Source: Minisyncoccia bacterium
Lineage (GTDB): Bacteria > Patescibacteriota > Minisyncoccia > SW-4-49-11
Direction: 5' to 3'
DNA: 43,056 nt
NCBI GenBank assembly: GCA_044356725.1
Contig: JBIKVS010000009.1
Span: 1 to 43,056, forward strand
A program made the translations under genes and the position numbers. This document shows positions 34,710-43,056 of the stretch, in pieces (within the stretch, counting starts at the first letter, position 1; every line of letters starts with the position of its first letter). Under the pieces are notes generated by a model. That model did no database searches. It was not told the DNA's origin and saw only the letters and a list, made by a program, of their open reading frames with translations.

Positions 34710-35005
34710 AATTATGAATTATGAATTATAAGTTATGAAGTGTTAATTTTGTCCTCCCTCCCCCTTCGCAAATGTGATTTGCTCCTTGGAAACCCACGGT
34801 TTCCAACACTCGGTCTTTGACCTCGTTGCCTCCCTCCACGGGAAAACTACCGTTTTCCCGACCCCTTTCCCAAAGGTTAAAACCTTTTTTACGGGTACTC
34901 CCTCCAAAGGGAGACAAAAAGTACAACCAAACTGTCCTCCTTTGGAGGAGGTGGCACCGTAGGTGACGGAGGAGGACTTAAGGCGACTGAAAGGTCGCCC
35001 CTACA
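34710..35005. repeat. composite repeat cluster 6 (heptamer tract plus inverted near-copy of cluster 2)
   Basis: ATTATGAATTATGAATTATAAGTTATGAAGTGTTAATTT from about 34710; modules 34751-34915 (with nested insert) and 34934-34977; REP 34981-35004. Confidence 0.9.
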
Positions 35006-35072
35006 TAAATACAATAATTAACAATTATACAAAGTATGTTATAATTATATTATAATCTGAATATAAAATTTT

Positions 35073-35819
35073 ATGGCTGGGATTTGGCGACGCTGGAGAA
35101 GATATAGAAGAAAAGTTAGACAGTATGTTTCTAAACAATACCTAAGAGAGATTGTCTATGGGGGAAGTGATGGGATTGTCACTACTTTTGCTGTAGTAGC
35201 CGGTTTTACAGGAGCTAATGTATTTGGGTCTAATATGGTGGGAGTTACTATGGGGGCGGTGGTTTTGTTTGGTCTGGCTAATTTATTCTCAGATGCGGTA
35301 TCTATGGGATTGGGTGATTATATGTCTACTCGTTCGCAAGAGGATTTATATAATAAGACTTATAAAGAGGAATTAAAACATCTAGATCATAGTACCAATT
35401 CTTTTGATGAGAGAATAGAAAAACGCTTGTTAGAAAAGGGGTTCAATCAATCTGATGCAACAGAAATTATGAAATTATTTCATAAAAACCCTGAATTTGG
35501 TATAGAATGGTTAATGCAAGAATATCATGGTATTCCAGATCCTGGAGATAGTAGTCCAATCTTTTCAGCTTTAGCTACCCTCGTATCTTTCCTATTCTTT
35601 GGATTTATTCCACTTATTCCCTTTGTGCTTAGAGTTCCTGACCCAACTCAAGCTTTCTTACTTTCTATATCAGGGGTGGTAGTTGCACTTACCTTACTTG
35701 GATTATTAAGATGGAAAATAGTAGGCTATGGATTAACTAGAGCTTTAGGAGAGACTTTGTTTTTAGGAGGTGTTTCTGCTTCCATAGCTTTTATTATAGG
35801 GGCTTTAATTGGAGCTTAG
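35073..35819 (+). CDS. VIT1/CCC1 family metal transporter
   Basis: VYGGSDGIVTTFAVVAG, ANLFSDAVSMGLGDYMS, SFLFFGFIPLIP. Confidence 0.92.
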   Translation: MAGIWRRWRRYRRKVRQYVSKQYLREIVYGGSDGIVTTFAVVAGFTGANVFGSNMVGVTMGAVVLFGLANLFSDAVSMGLGDYMSTRSQEDLYNKTYKEELKHLDHSTNSFDERIEKRLLEKGFNQSDATEIMKLFHKNPEFGIEWLMQEYHGIPDPGDSSPIFSALATLVSFLFFGFIPLIPFVLRVPDPTQAFLLSISGVVVALTLLGLLRWKIVGYGLTRALGETLFLGGVSASIAFIIGALIGA

Positions 35820-35875
35820 ATTGACTAAAATGATATAAAAAGGCATACTATACTAAGTAATAATTATTAATTAGT

Positions 35876-36970
35876 ATGAAAGTAGCTTTAGTGCATGATT
35901 ATTTAGTACAATATGGTGGAGCAGAGCGAGTTTTGGAAGTTCTGGCTGAAATGTTTCCTGAGGCTCCAATTTATACCTTGATTCATGACTCTTCTCAATT
36001 GTATGGAGCCTTTAGTGATAAAAAAATTCGCACCTCTTTCTTACAAAATTTACCTCTAGCTAGAACTAATCATAGATTATTCCCAGTTTTGATGCCGATG
36101 GCAGTAGAGGATTTAGATTTGACGGCTTATGATTTGGTAATTTCTTCTTCTAATAGCTATACTAAAGGAGTTATTACTAGACCAGATGCTATTCATATCT
36201 GTTATTGTCATACTCCAATGAGATATGCTTGGGATGATTATCATAGGCATTTTCAGGAATTTAGTTATATCTCTTGGGTGAGGCATATATTGCCCTTTGC
36301 TATGAATTATATTCGTCTGTGGGATAAAATTTCAGCAGATAGAGTAGATTATTATTTGGCTAATTCTAATAATGTAGCTGATAGGATTAATAAATATTAT
36401 AGTATGCCAGCGGATGTATTATACCCTCCAGTCAATACAGAAGTTGAGTTTGATGCTAATCTAGAAGGAGATTATTATCTGATGTTAGGTAGGTTCTTAC
36501 CGTATAAACATTATGATATTGTTGTTGAGGCTTTTGTGAAAAATGGTAAAAAACTACATCTTGTGGGTTCAGGTCCTGATGAGGAAAAATTAAAAAATAT
36601 TGCTAAGGGACATAATAATATTAAGTTCTTGGGTAGATTAAGTGATGAAGAAGCACAAAAGGAGTTTAGAGAATGTAAAGCCTTTATCTTTGCTTCAGAA
36701 GATGACTTTGGAATTGTACCAGTAGAAGCAATGGCGGCTGGAAAACCTGTGATTGCTTATGGTAAGGGTGGTGCTTTGGAAACTGTAGAGAATGGCAAAA
36801 CTGGTATATTCTTTGATGAGCAAAACCCAGATTGTATTATAAAAGCTGTTGAAAAGTTTGAGACAATGAAATTCGATGCCAATTATATACATAATTATGC
36901 TCAAAAGTTTTCAAAAGATGCTTTTAAACATAATTTCTACAAATTTTTAGAAAAATATGATATTATGTAA
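35876..36970 (+). CDS. glycosyltransferase family 4
   Basis: KVALVHDYL..GGAERV, CYCHTPMRYAWD, EDDFGIVPVEAMAAGKPVIAYGKGGALE. Confidence 0.93.
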   Translation: MKVALVHDYLVQYGGAERVLEVLAEMFPEAPIYTLIHDSSQLYGAFSDKKIRTSFLQNLPLARTNHRLFPVLMPMAVEDLDLTAYDLVISSSNSYTKGVITRPDAIHICYCHTPMRYAWDDYHRHFQEFSYISWVRHILPFAMNYIRLWDKISADRVDYYLANSNNVADRINKYYSMPADVLYPPVNTEVEFDANLEGDYYLMLGRFLPYKHYDIVVEAFVKNGKKLHLVGSGPDEEKLKNIAKGHNNIKFLGRLSDEEAQKEFRECKAFIFASEDDFGIVPVEAMAAGKPVIAYGKGGALETVENGKTGIFFDEQNPDCIIKAVEKFETMKFDANYIHNYAQKFSKDAFKHNFYKFLEKYDIM

Positions 36971-36991
36971 ATATATAATTAATAAATTTCT

Positions 36992-37585
36992 ATGAATATA
37001 TATAAGACCTTTTTTAAGAAAAATGCTCTATTCTTAGGGATAATCACTGTAATTGGAATAAGTGCAGGGCTTGCAGTCACAAGATTATTACCAGTCTCTT
37101 ATGATGTTTCTTTGGCTTTAAATATTGAGAGAAAGACCAATGATACAGGAAATTTTTATACTTATGATGGGTTTTATGCTATTCAAGCTACTGAATTATT
37201 TAGTAAAAGTGTAGCTAGTTGGTTTGTGACTCCAGACTTTGTAGAAGATGTATTGAGGAATGCAGATAAGTCAGATATAAATAAGTTATCGGTCAAAGAC
37301 TTTAGAAGAATATTCACCCCAGAGCAGGTTTCTGCTAATGTTGTAGAGGTTAGATTCGGAGTAGATGAAGCAGAAGTGGGAACTACCCTGACAGAGTCAA
37401 TTTCAAGTAGTATTGTCTCATATATGCAAACTCGTGATATTAAAGATTATAATATATTCGTAGGAACTCCAGTTATTAGACAAGTAGATTACAATCCAAT
37501 TCTATTTGCCTTAGGTGGAGCCTTTTTAGCACTTGCTATTGGGACTAGTGTAGCAGCTATTAGGCAACATTATTGGGAAAAATGA
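36992..37585 (+). CDS. Wzz/CpsC-like polysaccharide chain-length protein
   Basis: N- and C-terminal TM helices around a loop, between two GT4 genes. Confidence 0.6.
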   Translation: MNIYKTFFKKNALFLGIITVIGISAGLAVTRLLPVSYDVSLALNIERKTNDTGNFYTYDGFYAIQATELFSKSVASWFVTPDFVEDVLRNADKSDINKLSVKDFRRIFTPEQVSANVVEVRFGVDEAEVGTTLTESISSSIVSYMQTRDIKDYNIFVGTPVIRQVDYNPILFALGGAFLALAIGTSVAAIRQHYWEK

Positions 37586-38700
37586 AAATAGGTATAGATG
37601 CCCGCGGGATTACGGATGGATTTAAAGGGGGAGTGGGAGAATATACTCAGCATATTATTCAGTCTCTGAGGCAATATTCTGATTTAGATTCAGAGTTGTT
37701 GACAACTGGGGCAAGTCAAAAATCTAAGATTGAAGGTATTAATAATACTTGGGTACAATATCCTAATCGTTTATTAAATCTATCTCTGCAAGTCTCTGCT
37801 AGACCACACTTAAATACTTTGTTTCAGAATACTCCTGATAAAGTCTGGATGCCTAATTGGAATATAACTTCAGTCAGTCCTGAGACTGAGCTTATCTTGA
37901 CTGTGCATGATTTAGCAATAAGAGTTTTGCCAGAAGTATTCTCCCAAAAGATGCGATTATGGCATAAATATATAGGTATAGATAAATTATTAGACAGAGC
38001 TAATACTATTATTGCAGTATCCGAATCAACTAAAAGAGATTTAATAGATATCTATAATGTAAATAATGAGAAAATACAAGTAATTTACTCAGGGATTGAT
38101 CCATTGTTCAGGCAAAATTTTGATAACAAATCCATTCAGACAGTCAGGCAAAAATATAATTTACCAGAAAAATATATTCTATATTTAGGTACTATTGAGC
38201 CGAGGAAAAATATTCAACTATTAATTCAAGCCTTTGAGCGAATCGCCACCAAAGATAAAGATGTCAAGCTTGTAATAGCCGGAGTTAATGGTTGGCTATA
38301 TAAACAAATTCATCAAGCCATAGACAATTCACCTTTTAGAGATAGAATTCTAAGAATTGGTTTTGTAGCCGTAGAGGATAAGCCGATTGTATATAAATTA
38401 GCTAGAGTCTTCGTATATCCATCATTATATGAAGGTTTTGGCTTCCCTCCACTAGAGGCAATGGCCTCAGGCACTCCCACAATTGTCGCTAATAATTCAG
38501 TTTTCCCAGAAATTGTGTTAAATTCAGCTTACAAAACCTCTCCTTATGATGTGGTGGAATTGAGTGAGATAATATATAATATACTGACAGATAATAGCTT
38601 GTATAGACACTATAGTAAACAAGGCTTAGAGCGAAGCAGAGACTTTAATTGGGATAAAACCTCCCAAGAGATGAGAGATGTATTTATCAAAAACTCTTGA
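37582..38700 (+). CDS. glycosyltransferase family 4 (mannosyltransferase-like)
   Basis: MKIGIDAR (ATG 37582 overlaps the upstream TGA), TVHDL, GTIEPRKN, YPSLYEGFGFPPLEAMASGTP. Confidence 0.93.
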   Translation: MKIGIDARGITDGFKGGVGEYTQHIIQSLRQYSDLDSELLTTGASQKSKIEGINNTWVQYPNRLLNLSLQVSARPHLNTLFQNTPDKVWMPNWNITSVSPETELILTVHDLAIRVLPEVFSQKMRLWHKYIGIDKLLDRANTIIAVSESTKRDLIDIYNVNNEKIQVIYSGIDPLFRQNFDNKSIQTVRQKYNLPEKYILYLGTIEPRKNIQLLIQAFERIATKDKDVKLVIAGVNGWLYKQIHQAIDNSPFRDRILRIGFVAVEDKPIVYKLARVFVYPSLYEGFGFPPLEAMASGTPTIVANNSVFPEIVLNSAYKTSPYDVVELSEIIYNILTDNSLYRHYSKQGLERSRDFNWDKTSQEMRDVFIKNS

Positions 38701-38725
38701 CAAAATTAGGAGAATGTGGTATAAG
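38697..38725 (+). promoter_or_regulatory. near-consensus sigma70 promoter
   Basis: TTGACA (overlapping the GT stop codon), 17 nt, TG-extended TATAAG. Confidence 0.7.
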
Positions 38726-38751
38726 TGTAATTGACCTAAGGCTTATAAGCC

Positions 38752-39354
38752 ATGTCCATTTCACAAGTTGATGCACAGAAGTCTCGCTACTTCTCTACTT
38801 CGGTTAACAGGCCAGAGTGTGTGCTTTTAGCATTGGCATCTTTTCATCAAGATAGGCCAACAGGAGTTGTCATCCCAGGTATTACCGATAATGGTTACTT
38901 CTGGGCTAATGCACGAGTTAATAAGCCCCTCACCATAGCACCAAAAGTCACTGGGCTTTTGGGTAAGTTAAGGAGAGATGGTTTTACTGAGTTCCAAGTT
39001 ATTTGTTGGCTAAAGACAGGAAAACAAGGAAAAATTGTAAGTATTAATGTACGTGGGGTTAGGCATCCCAGCCTTAACTCTAACGATGCACAAGCTTACA
39101 ATGGTCTGTCTAGTGAAGGCTACGGTTCCGTTCGAGGTACTGTGGTCAAAGCAAAAAACTTTGGTTCAAATCTTTGGATTAAGGTTCTGGTAGGGCAACA
39201 ACCAAGTGGTGAAGATATCATTGAACAAGTTTTCTTTGAAAAAGCAAATTGGTTCATGAATCCCGGCGATCCTGTCGCTATGGATGTTAAAATCCAAAAT
39301 GGAAAGCTTTATACTAGTGAAGTGTGGAGTAATCCATCTTTGATCATCGATTGA
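38752..39354 (+). CDS. hypothetical protein, possibly OB-fold
   Basis: 200 aa with its own promoter and terminator; beta-rich C-half SVRGTVV...WIKVLV...EQVFF...PGDPVAMDV...GKLY. Confidence 0.7.
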   Translation: MSISQVDAQKSRYFSTSVNRPECVLLALASFHQDRPTGVVIPGITDNGYFWANARVNKPLTIAPKVTGLLGKLRRDGFTEFQVICWLKTGKQGKIVSINVRGVRHPSLNSNDAQAYNGLSSEGYGSVRGTVVKAKNFGSNLWIKVLVGQQPSGEDIIEQVFFEKANWFMNPGDPVAMDVKIQNGKLYTSEVWSNPSLIID

Positions 39355-39402
39355 TCAACAACACCCTCCATCGCCTGACACTCAGGCAACCCAAACAATC
39401 AT

Positions 39403-39429
39403 CCGCCTCTTCACAGGGGCGGGTTTTTT
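39403..39429 (+). terminator. rho-independent terminator
   Basis: CCGCCTCT-TCAC-AGGGGCGG followed by GTTTTTT. Confidence 0.8.
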
Positions 39430-39492
39430 CTTTATAATTTGACGAAAATAGAATTTCAATATAGACTACTTAATAATTAAATATAATTTTTT

Positions 39493-41670
39493 ATGTCAAA
39501 AGCTTTAATTATTGTAGAGTCGCCGACTAAGGCGAAGACAATTTCCAAATTCTTAGGTAAGGATTATACGGTGAAGTCTTCGATGGGTCATATTCGTGAT
39601 TTACCGAAGTCTAAAATCGGGGTGAATCCAGATGAGAACTTTGAAATTACTTATGAAATCCCAGCTAAAGCTAAAAAGACTGTAACAGAGCTCAAAAAAT
39701 TAGCTAAAAGCAGTGATGAAGTTATTCTGGCAACTGATGAAGATAGAGAAGGGGAGGCTATTTCTTGGCATTTAGCTAATATTTTGAAATTAAAACCAGC
39801 CACCGCTAAGAGAATGGTATTCCATGAGATTACCGAGTCAGCGATTAAAGAGGCTTTAGTTAATCCAAGATATATAGATATAAATTTAGTAGATGCTCAG
39901 CAGGCTAGAAGAGCCCTAGACCGTCTAGTAGGGTATAAATTATCTCCATTTTTATGGAAAAAGGTACAGCGGGGGCTTTCTGCTGGTAGAGTACAGTCAG
40001 TGGCTTTGAGATTAATTGTAGATAGAGAAAGAGAAATTGAAGCTTTCCAGTCGCAGGAATATTGGACAATTCAAGGTATATTTAATTCTAATAATGATAA
40101 GACTTTAGATATTAGCTCTACTTTAACTCATATAGATAATAAAAGATTAGATAAATTTAGCTTTACTAATGAACTTGAGACTAATAATTTAGTAGATAAA
40201 CTCAAGACTTTATCTTATACAATCAAGTCTATAGAGAATAAAACCGCTTCACGAAATTCATATCCACCTTTTATTACCTCATCTCTGCAACAAGATGCAT
40301 CTAGGAGATTATATTTCTCAGCTAAGCAGACTATGATGATTGCCCAGCAATTATATGAAGGTATTGCTATTGGAAAACGTGGTCAGACTGGACTTATTAC
40401 TTATATGAGAACAGATTCGACTAATTTATCAGCTCAGGCTTTGAATGCGGCTAAAAGTCAAATTATCAAGCAATTTGGGGATAAATATTATCAGAGCAGG
40501 CAATTCAAAACTAAATCCAAGAATGCTCAAGAAGCCCATGAGGCAATTCGTCCGACCGATCCGAGTATAACTCCGGAGGAAGTTCAGCCATATCTGGATG
40601 ATAAACAATATAAATTATATGCTCTGATTTGGAGTAGATTTATGGCGAGCCAAATGAAACCAGCTACTTTTGAGACTATGAATGTGGCTATACAAGACAT
40701 AGAGGAGAGTAAATATACTTTTAGCACTAGTGGTAAGAGATTGGTTTTCGATGGTTTTATGCGAGTTTATGATTTGAAATCTGAGGATGTGATTTTGCCG
40801 AATATAGCTAAGGGAGAGAATTTAAATACCAAAAAGATTGAGGGGGAACAGCATTTTACTCAGCCACCGGCTAGATATAGTGAAAGTAGTTTAGTTAAGG
40901 CTCTTGAGACTAATGCTATTGGAAGGCCATCTACGTATGCCTCTATTATCTCTACTATTCAGACTAGAGGATATGTAGTCAAGAATGATGATAGAAGATT
41001 TGCACCGACAGATATTGGTAAAGTAGTGACAGATATGTTGGTGGAGCATTTCCCGCAAATTGTAGATATTGAATTTACAGCTAAAGTAGAGGAGCAGTTC
41101 GATGAGATTTCTCTAGGCAAAGATACTTATCAGAATACAATGGCAGAGTTCTATAATCCGTTTGAAAAGACTCTCAAAGAAAAAGACAAAACTGTAGATA
41201 GACATCGTGAAATTATTACAGACAGAGTTTGTCCAGAATGTGGAGGACAATTAGAGTTAAAGCGAAGTAAATTTGGTAAATTTATCGCTTGTACCAATTA
41301 TCCAGAGTGTAAATATACCGATAAAAGTGACGAGGAGAAGAAATTACAAGCAGACTTTGGTGGTGAGAAATGCCCAAATTGTGAAGATGGCGTGATGGAG
41401 GTTAAATCAGGTAGATTCGGACCATTTTTAGGCTGCTCTAATTATCCAACCTGTAAGACAATCAAAAAAATTGAGAATAAAACAGGAGATAAATGCCCAG
41501 AGTGTCAAATAGGAGATATGGTAATGAAAAAAGGTAAAAGAGGTCCATTTAAAGCCTGTAACAGGTATCCAGAGTGTAAGCATATAGAAGGAGTCAAGAA
41601 AAAATCTAACTTCAGCTCTAAATCAAAATCTAAGGTTAAATCTAAAGCTAAACCAAAGAAGCCATCCTAG
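39493..41670 (+). CDS. topA: DNA topoisomerase I with three zinc ribbons and Lys/Ser-rich tail
   Basis: IVESPTKAKTI, ATDEDREGE, SAGRVQS, ITYMRTDS, AHEAIRPT, IGRPSTYA, three CPxC...C..YP.C repeats. Confidence 0.98.
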   Translation: MSKALIIVESPTKAKTISKFLGKDYTVKSSMGHIRDLPKSKIGVNPDENFEITYEIPAKAKKTVTELKKLAKSSDEVILATDEDREGEAISWHLANILKLKPATAKRMVFHEITESAIKEALVNPRYIDINLVDAQQARRALDRLVGYKLSPFLWKKVQRGLSAGRVQSVALRLIVDREREIEAFQSQEYWTIQGIFNSNNDKTLDISSTLTHIDNKRLDKFSFTNELETNNLVDKLKTLSYTIKSIENKTASRNSYPPFITSSLQQDASRRLYFSAKQTMMIAQQLYEGIAIGKRGQTGLITYMRTDSTNLSAQALNAAKSQIIKQFGDKYYQSRQFKTKSKNAQEAHEAIRPTDPSITPEEVQPYLDDKQYKLYALIWSRFMASQMKPATFETMNVAIQDIEESKYTFSTSGKRLVFDGFMRVYDLKSEDVILPNIAKGENLNTKKIEGEQHFTQPPARYSESSLVKALETNAIGRPSTYASIISTIQTRGYVVKNDDRRFAPTDIGKVVTDMLVEHFPQIVDIEFTAKVEEQFDEISLGKDTYQNTMAEFYNPFEKTLKEKDKTVDRHREIITDRVCPECGGQLELKRSKFGKFIACTNYPECKYTDKSDEEKKLQADFGGEKCPNCEDGVMEVKSGRFGPFLGCSNYPTCKTIKKIENKTGDKCPECQIGDMVMKKGKRGPFKACNRYPECKHIEGVKKKSNFSSKSKSKVKSKAKPKKPS

Positions 41671-41730
41671 TACAATATTGACTAGAACCCTAGTATTGGA
41701 GTATAGTGTGAGTGTAATAGCATATTATAT

Positions 41731-42807
41731 ATGATTAAAAATGTCTTTTTAGGGATGTCGGGAGGAGTAGATTCTTCAGTCTCAGCCTATTTATTGAAGC
41801 AACAAGGTTATAATGTTGTTGGAGTATTTATGAAAAACTGGTCTGGTAAATTAGAAACCAGTCGAGGGGTTTTTGATTTCCCTTGTTCATCTCAAGCAGA
41901 TTATGAGGATGCCAGGCAGGTGGCTGGACATTTGGATATCCCTCTATATACTTTTGATTTTGAAGAAGAATATCGCAAAAGGGTAATAGAATATTTTATC
42001 TCGGAGATAAAGTTAGGGCGAACCCCCAATCCAGATATTATGTGTAATAAAGAAATCAAATTCAAAGTTTTCTTAGATAAATGTTTATCTCTGGGAGCGG
42101 ATTATATAGCTACCGGACATTATGCCAGAGTAAAATACACTCAAGATGGAATCTATCATTTACTCAAAGGAGTAGATAATACCAAAGACCAGTCATATTT
42201 CCTCGCCACTCTTAGACAGTATGAATTATCTAAAACTCTATTCCCCGTTGGAGATATACCGAAAACTAAAGTCAGACAAATTGCTGAGCAAATCAAGCTA
42301 CCTAATGCGAAAAAACCAGATAGCCAGGGCATTTGTTTTGTGGGAGAGATAGATGTAAATGCATTTATAGAAGCTTTTGTGGGTGAGAATATAGGAGATA
42401 TTGTTACTACAGAGGGAGAAATATTGGGTCATCATCGCGGTTTATACTTTTATACCATAGGACAAAGAAAAGGACTTGGCATAGGTGGAGGTATTCCATA
42501 TTTTGTCAAAGCCAAAGATTTAGTAAAAAATCAACTCATAGTCTCCAAAGGAGTTGATCCGCTTGACTTATATCAATCTGAAGTTGTAATTAGTGAGCTA
42601 TCTTGGACCAATCAAGCTCCAGATTTGCCTCAAAATTTAAGAGCTAAAATTCGCTATCGCTCTCAAGATGTGGAATGTAAAGTTAATAGAATAGATGAGA
42701 ATAGCCTGAAAGTAGAGTTTATAGAACCTCAAAGAGCTATCACGCAAGGTCAGTTTTTGGTGCTTTACAAAGGTGAGGAGCTAATAGGTAGTGGAGTAAT
42801 GGGGTAA
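41731..42807 (+). CDS. mnmA: tRNA-specific 2-thiouridylase
   Basis: MSGGVDSS, TPNPDIMCN, ATGHYAR, KDQSYFL, DSQGICF, TIGQRKGL. Confidence 0.98.
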   Translation: MIKNVFLGMSGGVDSSVSAYLLKQQGYNVVGVFMKNWSGKLETSRGVFDFPCSSQADYEDARQVAGHLDIPLYTFDFEEEYRKRVIEYFISEIKLGRTPNPDIMCNKEIKFKVFLDKCLSLGADYIATGHYARVKYTQDGIYHLLKGVDNTKDQSYFLATLRQYELSKTLFPVGDIPKTKVRQIAEQIKLPNAKKPDSQGICFVGEIDVNAFIEAFVGENIGDIVTTEGEILGHHRGLYFYTIGQRKGLGIGGGIPYFVKAKDLVKNQLIVSKGVDPLDLYQSEVVISELSWTNQAPDLPQNLRAKIRYRSQDVECKVNRIDENSLKVEFIEPQRAITQGQFLVLYKGEELIGSGVMG

Positions 42808-42906
42808 TGATATTGGTCAATACATTATATAATTTACAAATTGATATAAATATTTGACAAATTATATAGAATATGATATAAGAATATTGCAATACTTTTT
42901 TGGGTT

Positions 42907-43056
42907 ATGATCTTTCATTTTATTCTCTTTCTCTTGGGGTTTGGCGATATTTGTTTCATGGAAAAGTCAAGGAACAAACGCACCACTTTAGAGTTTGGAA
43001 GGTTTAGAGGAAAGTTTAGGAGATTTAGAGATAAGATGAAGGAAGTTAATAGGAGC
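42907..43056 (+). CDS. possible ORF start, truncated by window edge
   Basis: MIFHFILFLLGFG... open to the end; TTGACA-17-TATAAG promoter at about 42854-42882; no recognisable motif. Confidence 0.3.
   Translation, partial: MIFHFILFLLGFGDICFMEKSRNKRTTLEFGRFRGKFRRFRDKMKEVNRS

Noticed and set aside
34726-34962. ORFs of 66 aa and 62 aa over repeat cluster 6
   Set aside because: Same artefact; their similarity to the 14.9 kb ORFs reflects the DNA repeat and frames are not preserved
13091-35005. Repeat clusters as CRISPR arrays or integron attC sites
   Set aside because: No regularly spaced direct repeats with unique spacers, mixed orientation, no cas or intI gene, no RYYYAAC/GTTRRRY ends
2806-36904. 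Short antisense or overlapping ORFs in the track (e.g. 2806, 3250, 5523, 5654, 7595, 8000, 9106, 9376, 12717, 13533, 16271, 20576, 23896, 25687, 30493, 31169, 36695)
   Set aside because: Shadow frames of longer, better-supported genes; no independent motifs
1-43056. Alternative genetic code (UGA=Gly, code 25)
   Set aside because: Conserved genes are full length in code 11, and TGA ends genes at expected positions (tspO, Wzz-like, GT4)
42988-43056. Minus-strand frame APINFLHLISKSPKLSSKPSKL* as another transposase tail
   Set aside because: Too short and lacks a diagnostic motif; needs sequence beyond the window

Overview
AT-rich bacterial chromosome segment read in standard code 11. Its gene content (PrgI/VirB6-like cluster, FtsA-like plus baseplate-J-like pair, shortened AlaRS and AspRS, few visible SD motifs) points to Patescibacteria/CPR; this is an inference. 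Housekeeping genes are folD, glyA, alaS, aspS, sua5, dprA, topA and mnmA. There are three tRNAs without encoded CCA (Ile-GAT, Pro-TGG, Ser-TGA) and the 3' end of an IS481-like transposase at the left edge. A T4SS-like membrane/secreted cluster lies at 2.4-11.5 kb, a photolyase at 13.3-14.8 kb, a patchwork island of phosphohydrolases and gene remnants between tRNA-Pro and tRNA-Ser, and a glycosyltransferase/Wzz cluster at 35.9-38.7 kb. The most striking structure not explained by the ORF track is a family of GC-rich palindromic modules: about 17 copies in six intergenic clusters. They form REPIN-like doublets, show compensatory stem changes, are often bordered by AATTATG heptamer tracts, and carry smaller hairpin elements inserted inside their loops (up to three nested levels). 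No mobilising enzyme is visible in the window. All calls come from motif recognition by eye; no searches were run.
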